Below, piece after piece: positions 11,948-24,474 of a DNA stretch of 64,000 nt. Location: the NCBI GenBank assembly GCA_964016885.1, contig OZ024740.1, positions 206,026,001 to 206,090,000 of the forward strand, written 5' to 3'. The notes beneath the pieces are model-generated. The model worked only from the letters and a program-made list of their open reading frames with translations, searched no databases and was not told the origin of the DNA. Source of the DNA: Eledone cirrhosa (lineage: Eukaryota). Numbering within the stretch: position 1 is the first letter of the stretch; each line of letters begins with the position of its first letter. The translations under genes were made by a program, and so were the position numbers.

Positions 11948-13679
11948 TATTGCCTGTTAGTTTATTTTGGAATATTGCACCAATGTCTCATTGATTATGT
12001 TTCATTGATCTGATTGATTTAATACTGTTAAGATCAATACTAGCAGTTGAAAACCACTATCTAAACATGCCATTATAAATCTTATTGCTTGTCTTGTTAT
12101 TTTATTGTTATTTTCCAAAACATGAGATTCATAATTCAAACTGAAAGCTTGAATGATAACTTGTTTGTTATTCTATATTGCTTTCAGTATATTTTATTTA
12201 CAAATAAAATCTCCTGCATGATTCTTTTCATTTCAATTTAAAACATTTTTCAAAAATGCCTTACAACATACATGATATCATCATCATTTTACATCCACTT
12301 TTCCTTGCTTACAAGGGTGGGACAATAAATGTTTATTTTCATAAGTTTTTACAAATAATTTTAGTAGAGCTTCCTTCACTGTTGTCAATAGAATTGGACT
12401 CACTAGACTGTAAAGTTCAGAATTATTGTGTAATTTTACTATTAACATTCTGTAATATCTTAGCAAAAAATACTTAAAAGAAAACAGATTTTCTCAATTC
12501 AAATGTTTGCAGTATCTATACTAGTGAACCAGTTATTGTGAAAATGTACAGTATTAGAGTAAAGACTTTGATTTTTCATGTGATGCAGTTATAGTGCTGT
12601 TTTGTAGTTTTTAAGGTTTGCTAATACAGTTTCATGTGGTTCAGGCATTGGGTTAATGGCTAACCTAGTTTAATGGTAGAGGTGCACAATCAAGGTTTTA
12701 GGGTCTTGGGTTCATAATCTTGAGGATGTGGTATTGATTTCTGGATGTTCCACATGTCTCCTTGAGCAAGACACTTCCCCACATGTTGCTTCACTCCACT
12801 CTGTTGAAAAACAATGAGTACCAACTCCAGTTAAGGGTTAATTAACTCTGCAATGAACTGGCATTCTGTTTTCTTCTCTCAGTCACTTAATGCTAACAAA
12901 ACCAGGATAAACTCTGCTTTAATGAACCTCGTAGTTCGGAATAGACATCAACTTTTTTTGGTGGTCTCTAAAGATTTTTTTTTTCTTAACCCATAACACC
13001 TGGTGGAGTTGTAGTGGAGCTGTCATGTCATACAGCATTTTAGGGGCATTTTTAAAACCTGCAAAGCCCATCCCCTCTCCAGGTCTAAATACAGCTGATT
13101 TCTTTCAGATAAGAGACATCATTATCATCATCATCATCATTTTACGTCCAGTTTTCCCTGCTTGCAAGGGTGGGACGGGAACTGATTCTGGCTTGATTTC
13201 TACAGCTGGATGCCCTTCCTAACACCAACCTCATTTACAGTGTGGGCTGGGTGCTTTTTTTGCCGTGGCACCTCCACGTCCACTTTGCAGTGGAATGATA
13301 TGGACCCCAGTCCCTATCATCTCATTTCTACAGCTGAGTAAACTGGAGCAATGTGAAATAAAGTGTCTTGCTCAAGGAAACAACACATCACCCGGTCTGA
13401 GAATTGAGACAATGAAAGAGAAAAATGAGAAAGAGATATTCTCTAAAGATTAGTTGTTGCTAATTCTAATTTTAACACAGACATGTCTTTTTCCATTAGA
13501 TGAGTCATCGTTAGAAACTCAACTGCTTAATGAAGATATTTTAATAGAAGTAACATATCTAATAATTGTTTCTACTTTTGGCACAAGGCCAGCAATTATC
13601 CCAGTGTATTACTGGTACTTTATTTTAACGACCCCGTAAGGATGAAAGGCAAAGTTAACCTGGGCGGGATATCTAATAA

Positions 13680-14767
13680 TGGCTAATCTTTCGTTTTAGG
13701 TACGTAAACAAAAAAAATCCAGAAAAACAAAAATTTATTTCAAAAGAAGCGAAATCTCACAGGAATATCTCACAAAGGATAATAACCCTAACCCTAACCC
13801 ATGATAATAACCCTAACCCTAACCCATGATAATAACCCTAACCCTAACCCATGATAATAACCCTAACCCTAACCCATGATAATAACCCTAACCCTAACCC
13901 ATGATAATAACCCTAACCCTAACCCATGATAATAACCCTAACCCTAACCCATGATAATAACCCTAACCCTAACCCATGATAATAACCCTAACCCTAACCC
14001 ATGATAATAACCCTAACCCTAACCCATGATAATAACCCTAACCCTAACCCATGATAATAACCCTAACCCTAACCCATGATAATAACCCTAACCCTAACCC
14101 ATGATAATAACCCTAACCCTAACCCATGATAATAACCCTAACCCTAACCCATGATAATAACCCTAACCCTAACCCATGATAATAACCCTAACCCTAACCC
14201 ATGATAATAACCCTAACCCTAACCCATGATAATAACCCTAACCCTAACCCATGATAATAACTCTAACCCTAACCCATGATAATAACCCTAACCCTAACCC
14301 ATGATAATAACCCTAACCCTAACCCATGATAATAACCCTAACCCTAACCCATGATAATAACTCTAACCCTAACCCATGATAATAACCCTAACCCTAACCC
14401 ATGATAATAACCCTAACCCTAACCCATGATAATAACTCTAACCCTAACCCATGATAATAACCCTAACCCTAACCCATGATAATAACTCTAACCCTAACCC
14501 ATGATAATAACCCTAACCCTAACCCATGATAATAACTCTAACCCTAACCCATGATAATAACTCTAACCCTAACCCATGATAATAACTCTAACCCTAACCC
14601 ATGATAATAACTCTAACCCTAACCCATGATAATAACTCTAACCCTAACCCATGATAATAACTCTAACCCTAACCCATGATATTTAAACTGACGGAAACCG
14701 AAACTTAGTGAAATTTAAACATATTCACAAAGTTTTATTTTACGTACCTAAAACGAAAGATTGCCCT
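13680..14767. mobile_element. TIR element (probable PIF/Harbinger-type MITE, TAA TSD) containing a telomere-like tandem array
   Basis: ~28-bp TIRs ggctaatctttcgttttaggtacgtaaa and tttacgtacctaaaacgaaagattgccc, with taa on both sides. Confidence 0.75.
13778..14680. repeat. 25-bp minisatellite (taaccctaaccctaacccatgataa)n, about 36 copies, each containing (TAACCC)3
   Basis: Directly visible; a taactc variant accumulates toward the 3-prime end. Confidence 0.97.
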
Positions 14768-14949
14768 AATAATGATTTCTTTTGAATATACAAAAATAGA
14801 TAGAGCATAAGAAATGAAATCAATCCCAGTATGTTACTGGTATTCAAACTATGAACAACAACTATCTTAAAAGTATTTGAAAGATAGACAACTATACAAA
14901 TGACTCATCGTCATCATCACCATCACCTTTTAACGTCCATTTTTCCATG

Positions 14950-15496
14950 GTGATCAGCCTGGTGCACTTTTGATCAGGTGTCAGAAGACCCACAGTGCAG
15001 AAACGTTCGCCATGCCAAATTCATTGTGCAGAATATTCTCAACTCTCTCACAAGATATGCTAATAGCATTGACTATTTGATTTATAGTCAATCGCCTGTC
15101 ATCCATCACCTTGTGGTGAACACAATCAATGTTCTCCTCGGTGGTAGCAGTTGCAGGATGTCCAGATCTTGGGTCATCGTCAAAACACTCACTTCCCCTC
15201 CTAAATTTAGTTCCCCACTTTTGCACTGTCGATAAAGCTGGAACGTCATCCCCTAATGTAACAACCATTTTCTGCAGGTACTTGATAACACCACAATGCC
15301 AAATTTTGTCCATTTTCAAGAGAAGTCACTACTAGTTACTTTTGAAGACTTCTTTGAACAGTCAGATGTCTGTTTACCTGGAAAGAAATAATGCAGTTAT
15401 TAATAAGAAAAGTTGAAATTAATGCATGCAAGATTTCACAGCTGTAGCATCACTCCTTCATAGTCAGATTATGAACTTTTCAGCCCACCATTGTAT
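14950..15496 (-). mobile_element. Mariner transposon 5-prime fragment (TIR plus N-terminal HTH transposase pseudogene)
   Basis: ORF 14981-15319 with KW..KF.RG..C.DDDPRSG.P, DRRLT and a degenerate WVP motif; a TIR-like tacaatggtgggctgaaaagtt lies at the right end. Confidence 0.85.
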
Positions 15497-17418
15497 GATA
15501 AACATTAATTGAAGCTTTCATGCTTGTAGCTTTCAACTGACCTAGAATTTAGAAGTTATATATAGCATAAGTATTTTTAAAATCTTTTTATTTTGTCAGT
15601 TAATAAATGCCAATGAATGAAGCAAAACAGAATTTTTTAATGAAATATAAGAAAGAAAAGATTTGTGAATTTAGGACTTGTAATTGTGAGAACACATCAG
15701 TTCAAAGTGAGATAAATATTTCAAAATAGGGCTTTATGATTTATAAATGAGAATAGCAATTTAAAAATTAGATTAATACAAAAATATTTGACGAGGATAT
15801 TTAAAAAGAGGAACGGAGCCAGAAATAACACTGTAACATCATTTGTAATGTCAATAATGTGAATTTGTCTGGTTAATAATTATAATTATTTATTTAGATA
15901 TTTAGCTATGTTTTCTATACAGAATTGTAATTTGATCCAACCAGCCTAACATTAGTTATGAAATCACCTGAGTTGGACACAAACCATCAACCTTGATTCA
16001 TAGAAGAAATATTATAAAACGTTTCTATATAAATGTTTTATAAATGTAACAGAATAAGATACTATTTAAGTTATTACTTAAGAAGCAAAGTTCAGATCCG
16101 ATGTCATTAATAATAAAACAAAAAATTCCTAACAAGGACTGAATATAATAGAATCAAATTCTCATTGTCACTGTTTCCGTCTCTCTCGCTCTTCCCATTT
16201 CTTATTTTTATAAGCAAATGGGGGTCCATAAGCTGGCCGCTCCTCGGCCCTGGTGGATAGAATAGAGAAGGCATTTCCCTGGAGGGTCAGTCCAGTAATG
16301 AGGCAAAAGCTTATCATCATTTAATGTCCATTTTCCCTGTAGTTGTAATATGTTTTCCGGTATATTTCAGGTGTAAGTATAAGAATGGCACTAATCTATG
16401 AGTATAACAATCTATGAGTTGACTACAAGCAACATTAGTCTCTTGTATCATTTTTTGTCAATGTTTACTTGATACTGTTTGTCTAGGCATTATAAAAAAC
16501 ACTGTTCAAAGCAAAGTTTAACTCTTAAATGGTTACATGTTGCATTGTGCCTAAAAAATGTTTGTGTAACGATTTTAGAAACTGCACACATCATCAGATT
16601 TTATCAATGCAATAATTCCATAGAAAACGAACTATTATGACTTTGATTAAAAAAGAGAGCTCTTTCTCTTTTGTTTTGTTTATAATATCATAATCTCCAA
16701 CAGATAAATCTTTCCTTGTTATAGTTTCTCTATGAGAAGATATATTATATATTCTTGGCTAATTCAATCAAGTAAGTTTATGTGTGTTTAACCTTTAGCA
16801 TTTAAACTGGCCATATCTGGCCTGAATTATCTCACCCCTTTCTGTTTAAACTGGCCATATTTGGCTGCTCATACTTATGTTAAGGTATTGTTCTCAAAAT
16901 AAATAATATCTAAATCTTGTAGATTCAATATTATGTGAGATAAAGTGTTTACTGTGAAAATGCAATAGTAAATATAGTGACGTAAATGCTAAAGAGTTAA
17001 GTGACATCCGCTCATTTTGAAATAACTTTTATCACATTGAAATGATATGGCCTACTCTGAAATAGTTACTTTTTTCTTTGAATTGATATATCCTCACTTA
17101 AAATTACAAATACTGTAAGGTCATTTTATTTTATGTGGTTCAACTAAAAAAACAAATAGTAGTTATTTTGTATTACAAAGCTCATATTATTTATATTATT
17201 TGAATTACAAAGCTTCAAATCCCTGCCTTTCAGCCTTACAGGGTTGATAAAATAAAGCACCAGTAGTGCACTGGGGTAATTGCTGACCTTGTGTCAAAAG
17301 TAGAAACAATTATTTGAATTAGAAAGCTCATATTTATATAAATTGTATTACAAAGCTCATATTATTTATATTATTTTGAATTACAAAGCTCATATTTCCA
17401 TTTTCTTGTATTTTACAG

Positions 17419-17607
17419 TGGCTTCACTGTTCTTTGCATGTAAGCCAAGAACTTGAACATCTTTACCCTAATAGCCATTTTGAGCCAATCCTCTCCAGAG
17501 AATCAGCACCAGGTCTTATTATTGCTTCTGGTACTATTGGTAGTCGTATTAAGCAATACAACCAAAATGTATTCCTATCTGTGGATGCTGGTCTTACTTG
17601 GCATGAG
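17419..17607 (+). CDS. SORL1: SorLA exon (VPS10P), WLHCSLH...PILSRESAPGLIIASG...SVDAGLTWHE
   Basis: ttacag/gtgaga; SAPGLIIA motif and Asp-box; phase 0-0. Confidence 0.96.
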
Positions 17608-18305
17608 GTGAGAAAATAATTTTATATTTCTTGCTTAACCTTTAACCCCCTGTAATGATTTTCCAGAAAATATCTAAAAATGGGTTTGTTGATTCAAATA
17701 TTTGCAGTAACTTTACTATTGGACAGATCATTGGAAAAATTTGCAATACAAGGACTTTAATTTTTAATGTGATGTTTTGTATCTTTCAAGGATGGTTTGA
17801 TGTGGTACAGGATATTAAATGTTAAAAAAACATTTTGAGTGCAATAAAAATATGATGAACATTTCTATTTTTTCCATGCTGGCAGGACTTGAATGGGTCA
17901 TTACAGACGAAGTCCTCCTAATTGGGCTGGGTAACTCTACCGTGTTCAAATATATTCCATGTTTTGGCATGGTTTCTATAGGTAGAAGTTCTTTCTAATA
18001 CCAACTATTTGACAGTATACTGGGTGTATTTTATTGTGGCACCACTAGTTGTCATATCACTGACATGATTGAAGAGTCCTTTGTAACCTTTTTGGCATGA
18101 TTTCTACAGTTGGATGCTCTTCCTAATATCAACTACTTTGCAAAGTCTACTGGGTACATTTTGTCATAGCACCAACACCAGAACCATTTTCTTGTCCTCT
18201 CTAGAATGAAATATGTGCAGTGTTTTATGAAACCATTGAAAATTCTGTTAAACAGTCTGTATGTTGTTTTTAGTGTTTACTAATCATGTATTGTTTTCTT
18301 TATAG

Positions 18306-18394
18306 ATCTTACTGGAAAAGCATTATTTCATCTTTGGTGACCATGGTGGTCTTATTGTGGCAATTAAGCAGTCGGTACTTACTGATACAATACT
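18306..18394 (+). CDS. SORL1: SorLA exon (VPS10P), ILLEKHYFIFGDHGGLIVAI
   Basis: ttatag/gtacgt; GDHGG motif; phase 0-2. Confidence 0.93.
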
Positions 18395-19159
18395 GTACGT
18401 AAACAACACTCTTTTCTAATATTTACATACTATTGTTGAATTTGGGCTCTGATTTGCTTAAAATAACTTAAATATCTTTATATAAATAGTCTCACTTTAA
18501 CTATACAAATAACTGATAAGGTGCAAGCATAGCTGTAGTGTTTGTTTCATAACTATGTGGCTTTGGTACCTTGGGCAAGTGTCTTCTGCGAAAATATTTC
18601 CAGTTGACAAATGCCTTGAGTAAAATTTGATAGGCAGAAAATGTGTGTGTATGTATGTGTGTGTGTATATATGGGTTTAGATCGATATCCAATGATTTTG
18701 ATCTTGTTGCTTACAATTTTCTCAACAAATCCATTTGGATCACACGCATAGGATCAATTGTAAGGCAACATTTCCAGCCAGAAGTATGAACTCTGACAAA
18801 CAACAAATAATTCCTAGAACAAATCATGCACACCACCAACCCATCCCTCCACACGACAGTAGTGGATTGGCAGTATCGGTAGAGAGTCGGACACCATGCT
18901 TTGAAGCATAGAGTTACGTCCTTTTATGATCTGAGTTCAAATCCCGCCGAGGTTAACTTTGCCTTTCATCCTTACGGGGTCGATAAAATAAAGTACCAGT
19001 AATGTACTGGGTAATTGCTGGCCTTGTGCCTAAAATAGAAACAATTATTAATATTACCTCCATCTTTATCATTATGTATCCTCTTAATAATGATAATAAT
19101 AAGGGAATCTATATAATAATAAAGATAGAGATAATAATAATAATAATTTCTGTCATATG

Positions 19160-20270
19160 GGGGATGAGTTGGTGGAGTGGTGGTGGTGTATATGGCTCAT
19201 TTTAGGAGGTTATTTGTTGTTTGTCAGAGTATATACTGTTTTACTGTCTATGGGAGTACAGGTGTGGTGATTGTGCACAAAGAAAAGTAAGTCACAAGTA
19301 TGCAACAGTGTCTCAGTTTAGGGTGTTAGCTTAGGTTTATGTTGAATGTTAGTGGAGAAAGTGTGTCTTCTAGAGTGTCTGCAGTTTACAATTATCTGGG
19401 ATTTCACGTTAATTACGTTGGTTTTTAATTTAATGATTTCTACTGATTCAGCAAGGCAGCAGCTGCAGTGGCTTTTTCCGACAGAGTAAGGGGCAGCTCA
19501 TCTACATATGGACCACATGATCTGGTAGATTCTCCTTTTATCTTTGAGGCCCCATATCAGGTCGGCCAGTCGTGTGTTGGAGCGCTTATTTCCGTTATTG
19601 AAGAGGCTTCTATGGTTGTATAGCCGCTCCTTAAACGTTGTTGAGGTGGCTCCTATATATGTGTACTTATTTGTGCTCGTCATCACATTGCACTTATATG
19701 CGATGTTCTTAGTGAGACACTCGTTTCCCAGTGGGCACTCCTTTCTGTGTATGCAGTTCCATTTATCATTCCTCGAGGTTGCCATATGTTGATGATGGTC
19801 TGTCTCATGTTGGTTGGTGTTGGTCTGTTGTGGTTTGTGGAGTGTGATTCTGTGGTGTGTTATGGAGTGGTTTCCATGTTTCATTGAACACTTTGAATTC
19901 TTTCCTATTTGTGTTTACTATGGTGAGTTGAAGCAGAGAATGAGAATTTGACAGCGTGCCTGTTGAATAGTTTGTGATATCTGTGTGTGGGTGGGAAGGA
20001 GTCATCCAGGGCCCTGAAGAAGATACCAGATACATTGGTTGCAATGTGTCTCAATACGGCGTGTTGTACCATGTCACTGTGTGTCTTCTGGCCCTGGTAT
20101 GTTTGGTGTGGCTATTAGAGTCTACTTTATTTCTGCTAGTGTTGTCAGGCTCAGTTCTGTGGTTTTGTTCAGTATGTGCTCAGTCACATTCATTATATTT
20201 CAGATCTCCGTCATTGGGTATTCTACTATTTATTATCTTATGGGTGTGTGTCTTAGGTAAGCTTGTATGA
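19160..20270 (-). mobile_element. Penelope-like retroelement fragment (GIY-YIG endonuclease), degenerate
   Basis: ORF 19498-19884: CPLGNECLTKNIAYKC...YIGATSTTFKERLYNH, typical of PLE GIY-YIG; a short inverted copy of the distal end lies at about 18790-18850. Confidence 0.85.
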
Positions 20271-20442
20271 TGGAAGGGTTTTAGATAAATATAAATACTT
20301 TAAAATAAGCAGTTTCATATCATAGGTCCAGGGGCAGCTTCTGGTAGGTTGGTATTTATAGGGTTAAAAACTATAGGCAATGTAATATGATAATGAAAGG
20401 GTTAGATTCATGAATTTATTTTATTTGTTTTTATATTATCAG

Positions 20443-20618
20443 CTATTCCTGGAACAACGGAGAAACCTGGACATCATTAAAATTTACTGAACGAAAGATC
20501 TGGGTATATGGTTTGTTAACAGAACCAGGTGAAAAAACGACAGTATTTTCAATATTTGGATCATATGCAGAGAAACATGAATGGTTAATTGTGCAAGTCA
20601 ACTTAAGCTCCATTTTTA
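20443..20618 (+). CDS. SORL1: SorLA exon (VPS10P), YSWNNGETW...[20 protein letters not shown]
   Basis: tatcag/gtaagt; GLLTEPGEK motif; phase 2-1. Confidence 0.96.
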
Positions 20619-20634
20619 GTAAGTGTAATCTTTG

Positions 20635-20945
20635 CCACTGTCACCATCACCACCGCCATCATCATCACTACTACCGCCATCATCATCACTACCACCGCCA
20701 TCATCATCATCACTACCACCGCCATCATCATCACTACTACCGCCATCATCATCACTACCACCACCACCATCATCATCACTACCACCACCATCATCATCAT
20801 CACCACCACCATCATCATCATCATCATCACTGCCACCATCATTACCACCACCATCATTACCACCACCATCATCATCACCACCACCACCACCATCACCACC
20901 AACACCATCGTTACCACCAACTCATCATCACCATCACCATCACTC
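20635..20945. repeat. (CAT/CAC)n compound microsatellite
   Basis: Directly visible just after an exon donor. Confidence 0.95.
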
Positions 20946-22423
20946 ACAGGATGAAGAATGTATTGCCCTGGAAGATGGTGAGGGAGACGGGCTGAAACAG
21001 CCACTCCACCTCGCGGGGCTCTCATCTGCGGGCGGCCAACTCTGCCCTGATGTCAGTGATTAGGGATGTGGTCTGGGGGCAAAGAACAGCGGAAGTCTCC
21101 ACTGCTACAGACTCTACCACAAACCTATCCGAGAGCGGCCAATACTTGGAGAGTTTGCCCTCTTCGGCTTGGCAGGCAGCAGAGCCTGGGCTGGTAGCCG
21201 AAAGCTTTTTGTTATGGAAAGAGCACTACCACCTAACAAGGTGAACTGGGTGTTTTTTGTCATGGTGCCTGCACTACAACCTTACAGAGCAGACTGGGTG
21301 CTTTTTTGGTGTGGAACCAGTACTTCCACCTTGCAAGGTAGACTATCATTGCGGTGGCAGCATTATCACCTTACCGCGATCTGTTATGCTTTCGTACGGT
21401 CTCATGTTCTACTGAGTGCACAGGAGAAGTTATGTCTTTGACACATCTCAAAGGTCCCACCCAATCCTTTGTTAGGCAAGCTTTCTATAGCTGAATGCTT
21501 TCCTTTCTAAGTCCACAACCAGTTATGTTGGGCATACTGGATTTAGCTACAAATCCATGATGTCCCACCTCTACTGGAAGTAATGTACACTACCATTCTC
21601 ATCCATAACACAATTCCCTAAATCCTTCATATTTTAGGTTTTTTTCATGCGTACTCTATATTCCCTTCTAGAAGCACTGTTAACTCAACAACCAGGATAT
21701 TATTTGTCAAGTAAGGCAGCTGCTGACTGGAGAATCTCAATGATTTTTACATCTTCTAATAGTATTGTTCCCTATAGCTGTGCTAAGCAGTTTTGATGTT
21801 AACAGGGAAAGGTATCACTCCCTGCATCATTGCCAAGCATTAATGATGCTACTGGAGAACAATAGTATTGATGCTACTTAAGTATGTCCAAGTTGTTTTG
21901 GTTCACAATATCTTCTTGTCAGTATTCTCTTTCACAAATACATCAAAGCTAAAGATGCAGGCAGTCTTCACTTTTGTATATATGCATGTATGTAAACACA
22001 TGTATATTCATGCAAATACTGACTTGTAAACATACACTCAATTGCAGATTTGTACAGAGACTCAGCTACATACATTCATGAATACACATCTCTCTCTCAC
22101 CACATACATCTATCAATATAGGTATGAGAAATTGTTGAATCGTATGCTGTCTCTGTAGAATATAAATCTATTTTATTTAATCGAGAAAATGTTTGATAGC
22201 CCCTTCAAAGTTTTGTCTTTCATAAGCCTCGTCAGCCAAAACTTCAAAGCCACTGTCAACCTTTTTCTTTGATAAATAAAATTCATACTTTACTTGTGTG
22301 TATTAAGTGCTTATTCTGTTAATGTTTGACTGTTTTTATGTCTGATTATACATTAAAAAAACAAAACATCCATTCATTTAATAATTTATAGAGTAATTAA
22401 ATATCTTTTAATTTCATTATCAG

Positions 22424-22625
22424 AATCTGTTTGCAGCAAGGAAGATTATAAACTGTGGTCTTTGTCTGATACTCTGAAAGAAACTGAAGGAATTAAGGGT
22501 TGCCTGTTAGGACGAAAAGATATACTTGAAAAACGTGTTCCACATGCAAAATGCTACAATGGAGAAGAGTACATACGACCAGTAATTATAAAGAACTGCA
22601 CTTGTACAAGGGAAGATTTTGAATG
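22424..22625 (+). CDS. SORL1: SorLA exon (10CC-a), CSKEDYKLW...CLLGRK...CYNGE...NCTCTREDFE
   Basis: tatcag/gtttgt; conserved 10CC cysteines; phase 1-2. Confidence 0.96.
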
Positions 22626-22841
22626 GTTTGTACACAGTTTGTGGTTATAAATGTCTTGATATGTACAAAACAACACCATGACTGCATCACATTAAAAATT
22701 GAACTCTTTAGTTTACTGCAATTTTTCACTAAAATGTCTCTACTAGTAAAGATACTATAAACATTTGAATTAACAAACCCATTTTTATATATTTTCTTCT
22801 AAATCATTATGAAATGTTAAATATGTAGCTAAGTATACATT

Positions 22842-23144
22842 ACACTGGTCAACACACTTTTTTGCTGACTTAGGTTTTGTTTTTAGCTAATTTTGAGGTG
22901 CTGATTTCAAATATGGCATCCATATTTTCCTAACACATCAGGTTTCCATGTTTGTCTTTCGCTCGGCTATCCTATAAACACAGGAAACGCGGATATTTTG
23001 TATGTCCTCCTTGTTGGCCAAGTGAAAACTTGACGGGATATAAAAAAAGTATTGTCATTTTTAAACTCAGCCACCCCAAACTATGCAAGAACAGGTCTTA
23101 AACTTAGGTCAGCAGCAAAAAACCAAAATTGTGTTGCCCAGTGT
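22842..23144. mobile_element. MITE with TIRs acactggtcaacaca / tgtgttgcccagtgt
   Basis: Terminal and subterminal (tttttgctgac / gtcagcagcaaaaa) inverted repeats. Confidence 0.65.
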
Positions 23145-23355
23145 TATCAATTGTCTAATTTCATTATTTCTTCCTTATTTGGTTCACAATAAACTCATTC
23201 TTTACCATCTATATTGTATATAGGGTGACAAATTAGCAGAGTTGTTAGGACAGCAAATAGAATCATCATCACTTTTATGTTTTCTTTTCCATGTTTGTAT
23301 GGCTTAGATGAGTTCTTTCCTATGTCATCTTTGTTATTTTTATTCCCACTTTCAG

Positions 23356-23481
23356 TGATTATGGCTTTAAATTAAGATCTCGACACAGTTTGACCTGTGA
23401 AACAGACTCCAATTCTGACCTTGATATACATAAAATACCGAGTCCTTGTTATCCTGGAACTTACTATTCTTACACTAAAGG
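23356..23481 (+). CDS. SORL1: SorLA exon (10CC-b), DYGFK...CYPGTYYSYTKG
   Basis: tttcag/gtttgt; CDYGF completed across the junction; phase 2-2. Confidence 0.93.
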
Positions 23482-24391
23482 GTTTGTATATAATACGTTT
23501 CTTTTAAATTTAATCATCATCATTTTTTCATTTGTTTTTTCATGGTTGCTTGGGTTGAACAAGATCTTTTTTTGGAAGGTTTTCTATGACAGGATACCCT
23601 TCCTGACACCATCTTATACCTTATTCTAAGTGTGGTGTATGCCACTGACATATGTCAAATTGCTACACTGCTGGATGTATTGTTTATGGAAGGTATAAAC
23701 AACTGTCACAACAGGATTTACAAACAGCGTCAATATATTTGCAGCGACTGAGACACCCACATACATGCATCATATGGCATTGAAATACCTCAAAATAATC
23801 TATTTTAACAAATATAGAATCTATTATGTTTGTATACGAGAATATTTGGATGTCATCATCATCTAATGTTCATTTTCCACGTTAGCATGGGTTGGACGGG
23901 CTGTCTCGTTGTGGGAGATCCAGGTTGGTTAAGACCCGTTTTTCAAAAGAAAGCAAATAGTACATGAAAAAGGGATCCTTTTGTATCTCTTACTTTTCTC
24001 AAGTTTTCACCCCTTAATTACACTGTACTGTTTTTTTTAAAAAACAATCCTAATCACAAATCTAATAGTTATGTACTCAGTCCACTCTGTAAAGTGGCAG
24101 AGCTGATGCCACGATAAAACACACAGTACATAGATGCTTGGTGTTAGGGAGGGCATCCAGTCATAGAAACCATGTCAAATATGTATGAGCAAGGTGTAGT
24201 CTAACCTCACGACCTGACAACCAGCCCAACAGTGTGGAAAGTTGTTGTTGTTTTGTTTGTCTTACTTTTCTCTAGTTTCCATTCCCTTATTTCTAAATTG
24301 CAATATACTTACTTTCTCAAAGCAATCTTAACTATATATTTCACAATGTTTCATATAAACTATACAGCTATATATACTTGTGTTTTGTCAG

Positions 24392-24474
24392 TTACCGTCG
24401 TATTGCTGGTGATAGCTGTAAAGGTGGAATGGAAGCAATGTATGCTCCACAAATGAATTCTTGTCCAGTCAAAG
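24392..24474 (+). CDS. SORL1: SorLA exon (10CC-b end), YRRIAGDSCKGG...SCPVK
   Basis: tgtcag/gtaata; GYRRIxGDxCxGG motif; phase 2-1. Confidence 0.94.

Noticed and set aside
13778-14680. True telomere or chromosome-fusion scar
   Set aside because: The unit is a 25-mer rather than pure TTAGGG, it is in a single orientation, it is bounded by TIRs, and the gene continues in order on both sides
14978-15335. Plus-strand ORFs overlapping the mariner fragment
   Set aside because: Antisense shadows of the minus-strand transposase remnant
16355-16380. tttcag-GT-gtaagt possible 2-nt exon
   Set aside because: Not frame-preserving and no supporting context; likely chance
20513-21063. Poly-His, poly-Pro/Ser and poly-Met/Val ORFs, the poly-His one in frame with the SorLA exon
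   Set aside because: These are read-through of a strong gtaagt donor into a (CAT/CAC)n microsatellite; such repeats are common in this window and are naturally stop-poor
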